In this document: positions 23,288-34,650 of the stretch, piece by piece | How the letters are laid out: each line of letters starts with the position of its first letter | How positions within the stretch are numbered: the first letter of the stretch is position 1 | The notes under the pieces: generated by a model | Told to the model about the DNA's origin: nothing | What the model saw: only the letters and a program-made list of their open reading frames with translations | The model's database searches: none | Position numbers and translations under genes: made by a program | From: Naegleria gruberi | Lineage: Eukaryota | Assembly (NCBI GenBank): GCA_000004985.1 | Contig: GG738899.1 | Strand: one strand, 5' to 3' | Length of the DNA stretch: 64,000 nucleotides

Positions 23288-24486
23288 TCAAGATAATTTC
23301 AATTCCACGACAATTGGTTTTTTGATTCTCGGATCCGTATGATTCAAAACGGATGAAGCATTCGAATAGAGTAATGACTTAAGACTATGTTGTGTGATTG
23401 CCTCAAATGTTGTTCCATGATAGTCATGGACATGACCGAAGAAATGAGCTCTCAAATTACCTTGTTGATTGAGCTGTATAGTCTTGTTTCGCAAACTGGA
23501 ACATCCCCAGTGTCTCTTGTATTTATGCTCCTTTCCACAATATTCGCAATAATAATCAGGTCCACTACATGTTGCTAAATCCATGATACCAAATGGAGGT
23601 GAATGAGTAACAAGAAGATCAGTATCTCTGGGTATTTGTTCCCATTTTTCTTCAACTTTATCCTTTTTGAGAGTAAATCCCATACCACTAGAATGCGAAT
23701 TGGGTACAGTCCAAGGTGATCCAAATATCCTTAAAAAGTCAACATCCTTATATTTTACAACTAATTGTTGATCTTGCAAATAGATGGCATTTGTAATTAC
23801 ATGTTGCTGGATATAGTCAGCTCCTAAATCTTCGAATCCCATATCATGATTGCCAAATACTACAATTTTGATTGGGTGAGGTAATTTTCCAAGCCACTCA
23901 TTGAAAGATACAATACTTGGCACAATGATTGGATCATGAGGTTCCTCTTCGGAATTGTTGCTGTGATGTGGATGATCCTTAGTTATTTCACGCCACTCTG
24001 ACTTGTGTGAAATATCTCCACTGTGAATGAAAACATCACCCTCTGGAATGTTTTTAAGGAATTGATGTGACTTGTGTGAATCACTCATATGTACAATGGT
24101 TAATTTATGCTCGGGATGACTTTCGTACATTGGTAAGGAGCTAACAACCAATTCTTTAATTTCTATCGGTTGAGGTTTCTTCTCATAGAAAATATAGGGT
24201 GCTTCATGATGGCTATACTCTCCTCCTCCTTCCTTTGAACTATTCATACTATGTGTATCATCAGTGATATGATGACTGTGATGATCATCTAGAAGCGGAA
24301 CAGAACATCTTCTTCCTTGCGAGCTCTTCTTAACCTTAACAAAAACAACGTCCTCAGCCTCTCTATCATGCTCTGGAAAACTTGTTGCACTCACCAGCAA
24401 TTTATCCAATTTGATATCAAAATCATCTGAGTCTAGCTTACTATCGGAAGCAACAGAGAGAGAATCCCTTAGACGACCAAACATTT
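23288..24486 (-). CDS. Calcineurin-like metallophosphoesterase (MPP superfamily)
   Basis: Ordered MPP motifs: IVHMSDSH (GDxH), FIHSGD (GDxxD), VVFGNHD (GNHD/E), LLVTHSPP and AHFFGHVHDYH (GHxH). The most likely start is the internal Met MFGRLRD (24486); the ORF track extends to a non-ATG start at 24589. Confidence 0.7.
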
Positions 24487-24714
24487 TTTTTCGCTTAATA
24501 TTTTTATTAAGGAGTGCGAGTTCATTCTTCTTATTGTTGGTTTGTAGATTCTTAGGACAAATACCAAATAGGTACCTTCTATTCCACACCAGAAAGATTT
24601 CAAAGTCGCTCCTGGTTCCGCTCTTAAATGGAAGGGAATTATTATCATGTTGGTAACAATTCTAATTCGACTAAGGAATATAATGTTTTGATTTTAATTT
24701 TTGAATTTATTAAA

Positions 24715-25842
24715 CTATTGTTGAGCAGCAGCAGCGGCTTCTTTGGCAAGTCTAAGTTTTTCTTCTTTTTCTTGTTGTTTTTTGGCCTTACGACGTTCTT
24801 CCTTGTCTTTCATTTCCATAATGAGAGATTTCATTTCTTCGTCAGCAAAGCTTTGAACTTGAGCATCTGATTCTCTGTACATACAAGCAGTGATACCAGC
24901 AATCTTTTGAACACGCAAAGCGTGCAAGCACAAACGAGAGGCAATGTGTGAACTCTTAGCAATTTGTACAGCAATTTCAAATGAACGATGTCTGCAAGCA
25001 GTAGCACCTTCCATAACATCCAAAACAACTCCATATTCCTTAGCTTTTTGAGCAGTAATCAAGTCACCAGTCAAGAGCATGTATGAAGCAACTTGGTGAC
25101 CAACCAAGTATGGCAATAAAAGTGATGAACCCATACCAGGTGACAAACCAATTTTTACAAAGTTGAATGACATTTTAGCAGTAGCTTCCATAACTCTAAT
25201 ATCAGTGGCACAAGCAATACCGAGACCAGCACCAACAGCATGACCAGACATACAGGCAATGGTTGGAACAGGACAAATTCTAAGCAATGGTGACAAGAAG
25301 CTGTCATAGAATTGACTCATTCTGTTGGCATTATTGAATGGAGTATCATCAATTCTTTCTAAAAGGAAATCATAATCACCTCCAGCAGAGAATGCAGGAT
25401 GATTCATTTTACCTTCGGAATCAGGAGCTGGTGGAGCACCTGTCAAAATAATAGCTGCCAATCTGTTATTATTTGTAATTCTTGAACTTTCCATCAATGC
25501 TTTGAATTGAACAGCAGTTTCAGGACAAAGAGAATTCATCTTTTCTGGTCTATTGATTGTAATGACACCAATGGTCTTGTGAGTCATTGGTGTGAATCCA
25601 CTCTTTTCTTCCGAAAGTTTCAAATCCATTTCGTGAATATCTGAAGGATTAAAGTTTGAATTACTAGCCAACATTTTGATGCAATCAGTAACATCCAATT
25701 CATCAAATTGAACATATTGATTTGGATCAGTTTGTCTACTCATCATGGATGAATGAAATCCTCTCTTTGCTCCGAGGAACATGACAGAAGCAACCTTTCT
25801 AGTATTCAAGAGTGTACTCTTTCGGATCAATGAATTCATCAT
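24715..25842 (-). CDS. Enoyl-CoA hydratase/isomerase (crotonase-fold) family protein with a mitochondrial-type presequence
   Basis: IGVITINRPEKMNSL...AAIILTG...FSAGGDYDF...IACMSGHAVGAGLGIACATDIRV...LLTGDLITAQKAKEYGVV matches the ECH signatures. N-terminus MMNSLIRKSTLLNTRKVASVMFLGAKRGFHSS is Arg/Lys-rich and lacks acidic residues. The C-terminus is a K/E-rich coil. Confidence 0.75.
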   Translation of the reverse strand: MMNSLIRKSTLLNTRKVASVMFLGAKRGFHSSMMSRQTDPNQYVQFDELDVTDCIKMLASNSNFNPSDIHEMDLKLSEEKSGFTPMTHKTIGVITINRPEKMNSLCPETAVQFKALMESSRITNNNRLAAIILTGAPPAPDSEGKMNHPAFSAGGDYDFLLERIDDTPFNNANRMSQFYDSFLSPLLRICPVPTIACMSGHAVGAGLGIACATDIRVMEATAKMSFNFVKIGLSPGMGSSLLLPYLVGHQVASYMLLTGDLITAQKAKEYGVVLDVMEGATACRHRSFEIAVQIAKSSHIASRLCLHALRVQKIAGITACMYRESDAQVQSFADEEMKSLIMEMKDKEERRKAKKQQEKEEKLRLAKEAAAAAQQ

Positions 25843-26378
25843 TTTCTATATTATTATTGTTGTTGTATAATTTTTTAAATTACTACTATATTTTGTATTA
25901 AAAGGTCTTCCGTAGATTAATTGTTGTTGTATCAACAGAAGAGTTTAGAGTTTGTTGTTTTTTTTTGTTTGTTGTTTTTCGGTGTTTCAGCCCAATTTAA
26001 AAGAAGTTTAAAAACCATTTACGGGACTGGATTAGGTATTTTGGCTTAATTCAAATTTGTAGGTCCAAATAAGGAGCAAATCACTACAGATTCCTAAGGA
26101 ATATTCAGTTAATTATCCATTTTCAATAGGTGATGAAAGATGGCGAAAGTTATTAAAATTAACAAGATGAGTAATGGATGATGAATATTTGAATTACATT
26201 TTTCATTATTTTACATTAATTTTCACAAAAATTGTGAACTGTTTTCCACTAAAATACAACAAAATTTAAAGTTTACAATTTTTTTCATCACCAGAATTTT
26301 GAATTTCCTAAAAAGCATTTCAGATAAGATGCCAAATAAGAGGAATTACTGTCTGATGTTACAATTTTAAAAATTTCC

Positions 26379-27485
26379 TTAATGAAATCCAAAATAGGAT
26401 TTAATGCTCTTTACGGATGAAGCAAGAGCTGAGGCAAATTGAGAGTTTTCGAATGGAATTGAATGTGCTGCGCAGGTGATTGGGAAATTTGCTGATTGTT
26501 GAACTCTTTCAAAAGCTTGTAATCGTTGGAGAGGGGAGGAATAGCTAGATTTGGCATTTGACATTTGTAAATGCCAATGGCAGACAGTGAGAATGGAAAA
26601 TGCATTGGGAGAATTAGATTTTTCTTGAGAATTGAAGGGAACTGATTCAAAATCTTTCAGATAGGATTTGGATAATTCTCTAAAGGAATATTGGAATAAT
26701 TTGGCATTGATTTGGCATGTGAATTGTAAACGACACATTGCAAGGTTTACAAAATCAGAATTTGGTTTTTTCATCTTTTTGATTTGATCTTGTGTGAAAT
26801 CAATTTTCTTTTTTGGTAAATTTTCAAAAAATCCTTCATTTAGAATTTGATCCAAAACTGAATTCCAAAAATTCATATCTGAATTGAACGATTCCACTTT
26901 TTCTGAGAATAATTCATTCGAAACTTGACTAATTAAAATTCTCCATTGATGATCAGGATCAATATTTGATGTGTTTTCATCCAATTCTTCATCGGATCCA
27001 CCACTTTCGAAAGCATCAGCTAGTAAAGTATGCAATTGCTCTTGTAAATGAGAATCCATTTGAGATTCCGAGTTTCCAATATTTTCACTAAGTTTCGAAT
27101 AGAAAAATTGTTCATCTCCACCTGAGGATTGATCAATCAGAGGTGAGGAAGTTACCTTAGCATCGAAAGCAAGTGGGGATTTTCCAAACGAAATTTCCCT
27201 CTCTACACACTTTCGTAAAACAACTTTTATCAGAAAGTGAGCAGTTAGAAACGTTTCATCTCGATCCGAAACTCGATCATAACAAATATAATCACAAATA
27301 AATTCAGCAATCCAATGTATTTGCATTTCTATCGGAACCTTGTAGAATGTTTTACTTTCAATCGAGTTTCCAATAACATTTTTAAGTTTCTTACAAGCTT
27401 CATTTCCACAGAATTGATCCCACTCTTCAAAGATTGTGTGTCCTAACCGAACCAACAGCTGAGACAAGGATCGGTTTGATGACAT
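26379..27485 (-). CDS. Hypothetical protein (368 aa), no recognised domain
   Basis: Long intronless ORF with ordinary composition for this locus. An acidic stretch GGSDEELDE is present. No motif recognised. Confidence 0.4.
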   Translation of the reverse strand: MSSNRSLSQLLVRLGHTIFEEWDQFCGNEACKKLKNVIGNSIESKTFYKVPIEMQIHWIAEFICDYICYDRVSDRDETFLTAHFLIKVVLRKCVEREISFGKSPLAFDAKVTSSPLIDQSSGGDEQFFYSKLSENIGNSESQMDSHLQEQLHTLLADAFESGGSDEELDENTSNIDPDHQWRILISQVSNELFSEKVESFNSDMNFWNSVLDQILNEGFFENLPKKKIDFTQDQIKKMKKPNSDFVNLAMCRLQFTCQINAKLFQYSFRELSKSYLKDFESVPFNSQEKSNSPNAFSILTVCHWHLQMSNAKSSYSSPLQRLQAFERVQQSANFPITCAAHSIPFENSQFASALASSVKSIKSYFGFH

Positions 27486-27724
27486 TTTTTATTGTGAAAG
27501 AAGTGTTGATCATGTGATTTGCGACGTCACTTGTCAGTAATTGGACAAGTCACAAAACAAGTCAAAATATTCTATTTAGAAATTGTCTTTGTAAAACAAC
27601 AGTAGCTGCACTTACAGTATTGCTTACCAAGCTTATTTGTCACAATATTAGGTTCCACAAACAATACTCACTAATCAGTACTTAATTAAGGACTTGGAAA
27701 AATTTTTGTAAACTGTTAACAATA

Positions 27725-27922
27725 TTACAAAAAATTGTAAACGTGCATTCTTACATACACATCTTCAATGCCATTCACTCCACAAGGTAATAAACCAAGT
27801 TCCATTTCCTTTTCCAATCTTTGAGACAATTCCAATTGTTCATCATGATTCAAACTCTTGTTTTCAAAGCATGATAATCTTCCATCCACTCTTTTGACCA
27901 TTTTCCACAAATTTAAAAGCAA
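27725..27922 (-). CDS. Possible small exon or gene fragment (65 aa), unassigned
   Basis: ORF MLLNLWKMVKRVDGRLSCFENKSLNHDEQLELSQRLEKEMELGLLPCGVNGIEDVYV. No partner exons could be joined with confidence. Confidence 0.15.
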   Translation of the reverse strand: MLLNLWKMVKRVDGRLSCFENKSLNHDEQLELSQRLEKEMELGLLPCGVNGIEDVYVRMHVYNFL

Positions 27923-29010
27923 ACACCAAGGATATTAAACCATCTTTAGAAAATTAACATATCGAGTAATTGTGGGCCAAGAATTAATGGTCAATATGGC
28001 CCAATCATCACCAATTTACACAACCAACAATCAATTCAACAACCAAAGTAAATTTGTGGAAAATGGTCAAAAGCTTATCTTCCATATTTTCATTGGCTGA
28101 TTTTTCGATGTTCCATGAGAGGATACACGAAAGAGTCTGCTCCCTTAGTCAGACACAACACAATGTCAATTTCTTCAGGATTCGAATTGTGAATATTTGA
28201 AGTGGCTGATTGAATAATTGGATAGTCGTTGAGGAAATCTTTTGGAATTGAAGAGAACTGACATTCTCTTTCTATCTGGTGTAAACTCCTATTCTGCCCA
28301 TCGTTAGAGTGTAGGTTTTTGGGAGAGAAAAAATATTGTGGATCAACATCAGGTACATCATGCCTCTGTTGATTCTTGGAGTGATTTCACATCTATTAAC
28401 TCCCAGAATTTCACCACATCATCTCATCATGATTTAAATAATAGTATTAATAGTAATTGTTGGAATTTAATCCTTCATCATGATTTGGAAATAATTTTAT
28501 TATTTGGAAAAATTCGAGTGGGTATTTCATCATCGGAACAACTACCATCATAATTTTTATTTATCATCATTATAATTGTAATATTTAGTGAAATAAATCA
28601 TCATCAGGTATTTGGAAAACTTTCAACACTTCCGAACATTTTCCTATTGATTATGAGTGAATGTTAACATTAGAGATTCATGCATTTGGAGAAGCATATC
28701 CTAATCACTTCAACTTTTCAATAGTAAGGTGAACTATTTTCAGACGATACATATTTGAAATCGTTTTGATTTCTTACAAAATTATCTTTTATTATTAATA
28801 GTATTTAACTTGAAATACTTGGCTAAACTATTTGGATTTTACATTTGTGGCGTTTTGTCTGCTAATTAACATTAGATTGCCCGTTGATTTCGTATCACAA
28901 CTCCACGGATTTTTGTAATCTCTTTCCATTTAACAAGATTCACAGCTCAAATTGAGGATTTATTTCTCGATTTTGGAAATTCACCTCAATGATAGTCTTG
29001 GATATTGCTA

Positions 29011-31347
29011 ATGAATCGACATGTGCTCACACCACAAACGAGGAAACCTACTCGATTCGTTTGGAAAATGAACCGCCTCTGTGCTACTCTTTCAACAAAA
29101 AAAAACATGGAGGTTTCGAATAATGTACCACCCCAACAACAAGTGGAACACAATGCAGATAGTACATTGCATCCTAAACGGTTATCTGGTACTGTGACCT
29201 TCGAGGAACCATCAACCACAGTTCCAATCACTGAGCAAGACTCCAAATCTAATATAACTTCTCAATCCATAATGAACAAATCCTTGTTTAATAGTTTCTT
29301 TCTAATAAGAATCTTGGAGAAAATACCTCTCATCATTAAATTGGCCCTCATTATTGCCTTTTGCTTGATTCCTATGGCAGTATTTGGTGCCTTACTGATC
29401 AATTCTGCTGCTGTCAACTTGAGCCATGCGAATGAGATTAAAAAACTATCAAAAGTAACAGTGCACCTCTCAGAAATTGTTAATTCTTTGCAGAATGAAA
29501 GAGGAACCACAGCTCTTTATCTAGGTTCTCACAAGAGACAGTATATTATTCAATTAGCTAAAGCAAGAAATCAAACTGACATTGCTATAGAAAGATTCTT
29601 GGCACTTTCAGTAAGCCCTAACGATATTTTGATTAATGAAAAGTGGAAGAGGACGTGGTATTTGTTTGAGGATTATTTGGGAAAGGTTACAAATTATTCG
29701 AAAGGTATTGGAGAGTGGAGAATGAAAGTGGAGGATGTTACTAACGAAACCTTTTTACCAACATTCCAAATCGTCAGTGATTGGAATTCCCTGACCAATG
29801 ATTTGATTAGAGTTATAACAAGTCAAAGCTTGGATCCAACTTTTGCAATAATTCACAATTCATTCAACTTGCTTACCTCAACTAAGGAATATCGAGGAAT
29901 TAGAAGATTTTTAGGAACTTTTGGATTTTTAAATGGAAGTTTGTCTCAAAGTTCGATTAATTCATTTAAAGAGGCTGCCATTAGAGTAAGTAATTTATTA
30001 GAAGAATATTTTGTAATAATTGAAAATTTAACTACTTTACAAAAATCTGTTAAATCGTTTTTTAGGGAAGATTGCTTAGACACTTATTTTCACTTCAAGC
30101 ATCCAACGATATTTACGAAGAATTCCATTCAAATGTTCTCAGTAATGATCAGCAAAATGTCTGTCAGAGAATGGAAGACTATGTCTTGGCAAATTATCAA
30201 AATTTAACAAAGTATACAGTTCAAGAATGGTATGATAACATGACTCTATGCATGGATTCATTTAGGAATGTGGAAGATGGAATGAGAGCTTTCTTATTAG
30301 ACTATTCGAATCAAATTGGTTCGAATGCTACCGATTCATTAATTGCATTTACCATAGTTATAGTAATGGTGGTTCTTGTGGCAGCATTAGTGGCATTACT
30401 ATTTTCGAAAACTATTCTAGGACCTTGGAAGAAAATGTTGCGTCTCCAAGAGGACATGGTTTACAAATTCGTGCCACGAGAATTCATGTCCATTATTAAT
30501 AAGGAGAAGGTTACAGATTTGCATCATGGTGATTTCTTTGAGAAGGAGTTGGACATTATGTTTGTCGATATTCGAAACTATACTTCAATGAGTGAGAGAC
30601 TACCAACTGATCAAATGTTCAAATTCTTGAATCGATATTTGGCTTTGGTTGGTCCGATTGTGAGGAGAAATTGCGGATATATTGATAAATATATGGGTAT
30701 GTTCATTCTAGAATGATTATAAACTTTATTAAGGTGATGGATTTATTGCCCTATTTACAGAGCCAGGCCATGCACTGAAAGCATCTATTGAAATTCAAAA
30801 TTGTGTTCTGGTGTTTAATGAGAGCGTGTCACCAATCATTGGTCCTATTTCAATAGGATGTGGAATTGTCAGAGGTCGATGTGCAGTTGGTTTGATAGGT
30901 GAATCAAAGAGAATGGATCCAACTATAGTTGGGGATGCCGTCAATTTATCTGCTCGATTAGAATCTCTGACGAAATATTACAATGCCAAGATTCTAGTTT
31001 CGAAAAGTGTAACCGATTCTTGTTCACCTATTTGGCTGGGAGATGGAGGGACTTGGCGATCCATTGGAAAAATATGTGTAGTGGGTAAGAGAAATTATGT
31101 AGAAATTATGGAAATTATTCCTTTTAATAATTGTAAGAAACGGTCAACTAAGGAAATGTTTGAGAAGGCCATTACACACCTATTTTGCAGAGATAAATTT
31201 GATCCCATTACTGCTGAGCAACTATTAGAACAAGTTTCTATCATTGATCCAGACGATAGGATTTGTAAAATGAGATTATTATTGGCACAGTCGTTGGTTG
31301 TGGATTGTTCACACTGGGATTTTGTTGATACTCCAAATACCAAATAA
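29011..31347 (+). CDS. Receptor-type class III nucleotidyl (adenylyl/guanylyl) cyclase with an extracytoplasmic NIT (nitrate/nitrite-sensing) domain flanked by two transmembrane helices. Three exons: 29011-29985 (or -30012), 30066-30696, 30734-31347
   Basis: TM1 IIKLALIIAFCLIPMAVFGALLI. NIT signature VHLSEIVNSLQNERGTTALYLGSHKR. TM2 LIAFTIVIVMVVLVAALVALLFS. Cyclase motifs: ELDIMFVDIRNYTSMSERLPTDQMFKFLNRYLALVGPIVRRNCGYIDKYMG|DGFIALFTEPGH...GCGIVRGRCAVGLIG...IVGDAVNLSARLES. Intron 2 (30697-30733, gtatgt...ttaag, phase 1) rebuilds the canonical KYMGDGF. Intron 1 runs either 29986-30065 (gtaagt donor) or 30013-30065 (gtaata donor); both are in frame. Confidence 0.7.
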
Positions 31348-31608
31348 TGGATCGAACATTCCAAAGTGTTTGTAATTATCATTTCAAATGAATTTCAACT
31401 ATATGACCTAAACAATATTACAAAAAAATTAGAATCTTTGAACAACATGAGTACGAAACATACTACCAATCCGATTGGAATCATGATTGATGTATGAACG
31501 AGACGTTTGACACCAAGCAATCAAAATAGAAGAGAACTCTCAAAAATGTGAATCACGTTTTGCATTACAATACATTTTTTGCACTGAACTTATTGTATCT
31601 AAAAAAAA

Positions 31609-34467
31609 ATGTGTTTCGTCCAATTCTCTATTATTTGTCTTGTTATAGGATTGTTATTGATAACAAAAACAAATACCTTAGCTAATGAGCAACCAAAGCT
31701 GACCTATGAAATGATCACTCAAATCAAGGGTTGTCCTTGTCAAGAAGAAACTGGTGGAAACCCACACCTCATTTACGATTTTGGTGGAGGTGACATGAAG
31801 AACGTAGCATACTTTTCAGGCCTAGTTTATTTCCTTGATCAATGTAACAACAAGATATACTCATATGAATCCCAAGAAAACCAACAAATCTCAAAAAGTA
31901 ATCAAGTTTATGTGAACTTGGTGGCAGGTGGCGGTGACGATTCGTATTTTAATGGCACACATGCTTGTAGAAGATTTGGATTTGCAGGTGATGGTGGGAT
32001 GGCTATCAAAGCTCTGTTTAATAGACCTGTTCATATTGCGATAGATCATTCAAATGGTGATCTGTATGTCACTGATCAGGGAAATCATGCTATCCGAAAG
32101 ATTACTTGGGATAAGACCATCAGTACTGTTGCAGGCATAGGCAGATTTGGTACAGATTCCTTTATTGATGGAGTTCCTGCTACAAAGGTCAGTTTGGATA
32201 CACCCATCAAGTGTGTGATCGTGGCAGGTGAACTGTACATTCAAGAAAATAGAGGAATTCTTAGAGTTGGTAAAGATGGTACCATTTCTATAGTTATTGA
32301 CATCAAGAAGCACTTTTACTATGCAAAGCAATTCGAATTGTTGACATTCGACATTTCCCAAGATGGATCCATTGTTTACGTTGCCATGAGCTTTGATAAT
32401 TCAGTTTTTATCAAGCAGTATCATGAAAGTAATGAAACTTGGACTCATGTAATGGGTACAGAAAATTCTGAAAGCAGTTGTCTCTCTCTTCCCAATTGGG
32501 AAGAAGGTTATTATTTGAATCCTTCCAATTATACACTCTGCCATGTTACAGATATGATATTTACAAAAGATGGAGCGATGATTCTCATAGACACTTATTC
32601 CAAAAATTATACTGAGATTACTAATTCTGATGTTCCAATGGATATTCAACCAATGTCTGCAATTCATCGTTTAGAACAAGATGGAACGCTTTCTGTATTA
32701 ATGACCTCAACTAGAGGCTATACATTCGGTGGACTGGGGGTTTATCCAAATGGAGATTCAATAATTTATACTGTCCAAGAAGAAAATGTGAAGAAAATTA
32801 TTGAAACTCATATTACTTGTAGAGAATATTTGAAACTGTCCAGTGAAAGAAGGAACTGTGTACCAGTATGTGACACCAGACCAGCTGATGATCCAAAGGT
32901 CTGTGGTGGACATGGCACTTGTCAAGATACTAATAAGTGTGTATGTAATGATGGTTTCAATCCTGAAACATTTTGTAAATCTCCAATGTGTTTTGGAGAT
33001 TTTTCAGAAACTGGAGGATGTTCTGGTCATGGCAAATGCGTTGATTATGATAAATGTTCATGCAATTATGGCTATTGGGGGGACAATTGTCAATATCCAT
33101 GGAGTTTTACAATTATCATTATTGGTTGTATCATTTTGGTTGTAGCTTTAATGTGTGAGTTCAGTACTATCTTTGGTTGTTACATTTACTTGGACAACAA
33201 GAGGAAACATAAAGTGTTGGAGGGTGAACATTCAGACATGCTGGACGACTACAAGAGTGCTCAACAAGATGTTGCCGATATGAGGGGAATAGTTAAAGTG
33301 GTAGAATTTACAAATGCCATTTCCAGTAATCAAAGGTCCACCTTCAATATTAATGGAGAAAGCTATCCATGTTCGTTTGAGGCAAGAAAAAGGTACTTAC
33401 ATATTGAACCCAATGATTTTGGTGTTAAAACTGTGCTATGCAACAATTTAAGGCCATTACTAGTTTACAGCAAAATCTGGCAATTTACAATAGAGAGAAA
33501 TGATCAGATTGCAAGTATTCGTAATGTTGCTTACTTTGTAAATAGTTTAAAATCCAAACCATCCGAGTCCAAATCATCTGAGTATGAAGCTTATCCATAC
33601 CTATTTGTGACATTGAAACACTATCCACTTAGTAACCTTTCCATAAGGACTGAAAAAAGAATTTTACAAAAACTGTTTACAAAAGAAGGAATGAGAAAGG
33701 CATGTCTTAGTATGGCAAAAGCAATAGCTCGATTCCACAATACTTTGGGCTTAATCCATTGCGATATTGCTCTCAAAAATTTCGTAATTGAAGAACTTGG
33801 AAATGGAGAATTAGTTTTCATTTTGATAGATTTTGATGCAGCAAGATTCATCAAGCCAGAAGATGCCACAAAAATGTTACAGAACAATAAGCGAGTATCA
33901 GTGGATAGTTCACAAGGAATCCAACCGCTCTCAGACAATTCCCTAGATGAATATACTATTTCACATTTAACAGGAAACGAGGATTACCAAAATACGACAC
34001 AGAGGGATCTTTATGCCTATGGGGCAACCATTGAAGAACTTTACGATATTTTCCTTTTTCAAATTACAAACATAATTAATGAACTCACTGATATGATTTC
34101 TAATTCCAAGTTTACTGAAGAAAAAGAACGTTTAACAATGGAGATTAAGGCATTTGAAGAAGTAATTCCAAATCACTCTGAAATGTTGAACTATTTCGAA
34201 AGCAATGTGAAGCCAATTGTTGCAAAATTGAAAAATCATGAGTATCAAACAGACTACAAATCAGAAATGTATCTCATTGAACTATTTTCAGATGAAACAT
34301 TTTCTCAAACTCTAAAGAATGAACAACAAGTTTCACCTTTGTCTCACAATACAGCATCAGTCATAACTCCACATCAAAATCCAACACAAACAACAACAAC
34401 TTTAAGCTCAAATCAACCAGAAGAGATTGATGATGAACAAAGTATTCTTTTGCGCAATAGAAGATAA
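31609..34467 (+). CDS. Type-I receptor: signal peptide, NHL beta-propeller repeats, EGF-like modules, TM helix, and a cytoplasmic divergent protein-kinase-like (probable pseudokinase) domain
   Basis: Signal peptide MCFVQFSIICLVIGLLLITKTNTLA. NHL units such as FNRPVHIAIDHSNGDLYVTDQGNHAIRKIT...ISTVAGIG. EGF-like CVPVCDTRPADDPKVCGGHGTCQDTNKCVCNDGF...CSGHGKCVDYDKCSCNYGYWGDNCQ. TM IIIIGCIILVVALMC. Kinase-like core LIHCDIALKNFVIEELGNGELVFILIDFDAARF; no GxGxxG/VAIK recognised. Intronless 952-aa ORF. Confidence 0.6.
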   Translation: MCFVQFSIICLVIGLLLITKTNTLANEQPKLTYEMITQIKGCPCQEETGGNPHLIYDFGGGDMKNVAYFSGLVYFLDQCNNKIYSYESQENQQISKSNQVYVNLVAGGGDDSYFNGTHACRRFGFAGDGGMAIKALFNRPVHIAIDHSNGDLYVTDQGNHAIRKITWDKTISTVAGIGRFGTDSFIDGVPATKVSLDTPIKCVIVAGELYIQENRGILRVGKDGTISIVIDIKKHFYYAKQFELLTFDISQDGSIVYVAMSFDNSVFIKQYHESNETWTHVMGTENSESSCLSLPNWEEGYYLNPSNYTLCHVTDMIFTKDGAMILIDTYSKNYTEITNSDVPMDIQPMSAIHRLEQDGTLSVLMTSTRGYTFGGLGVYPNGDSIIYTVQEENVKKIIETHITCREYLKLSSERRNCVPVCDTRPADDPKVCGGHGTCQDTNKCVCNDGFNPETFCKSPMCFGDFSETGGCSGHGKCVDYDKCSCNYGYWGDNCQYPWSFTIIIIGCIILVVALMCEFSTIFGCYIYLDNKRKHKVLEGEHSDMLDDYKSAQQDVADMRGIVKVVEFTNAISSNQRSTFNINGESYPCSFEARKRYLHIEPNDFGVKTVLCNNLRPLLVYSKIWQFTIERNDQIASIRNVAYFVNSLKSKPSESKSSEYEAYPYLFVTLKHYPLSNLSIRTEKRILQKLFTKEGMRKACLSMAKAIARFHNTLGLIHCDIALKNFVIEELGNGELVFILIDFDAARFIKPEDATKMLQNNKRVSVDSSQGIQPLSDNSLDEYTISHLTGNEDYQNTTQRDLYAYGATIEELYDIFLFQITNIINELTDMISNSKFTEEKERLTMEIKAFEEVIPNHSEMLNYFESNVKPIVAKLKNHEYQTDYKSEMYLIELFSDETFSQTLKNEQQVSPLSHNTASVITPHQNPTQTTTTLSSNQPEEIDDEQSILLRNRR

Positions 34468-34650
34468 TCAGTTATTAGTTTAAAATCGTTTGATTTCTTA
34501 CAAAATTATCTTGCATAAAATTCAATTATACAAATTGAAATTACAATATTTTGATGTTAGCACAATCTTGTTGACTAACTCAAAGAATATTCAACCTTCC
34601 TTATTGTAATCCAACTCTTCCCAATTTGTAAATATTCATTAATAAGTACG

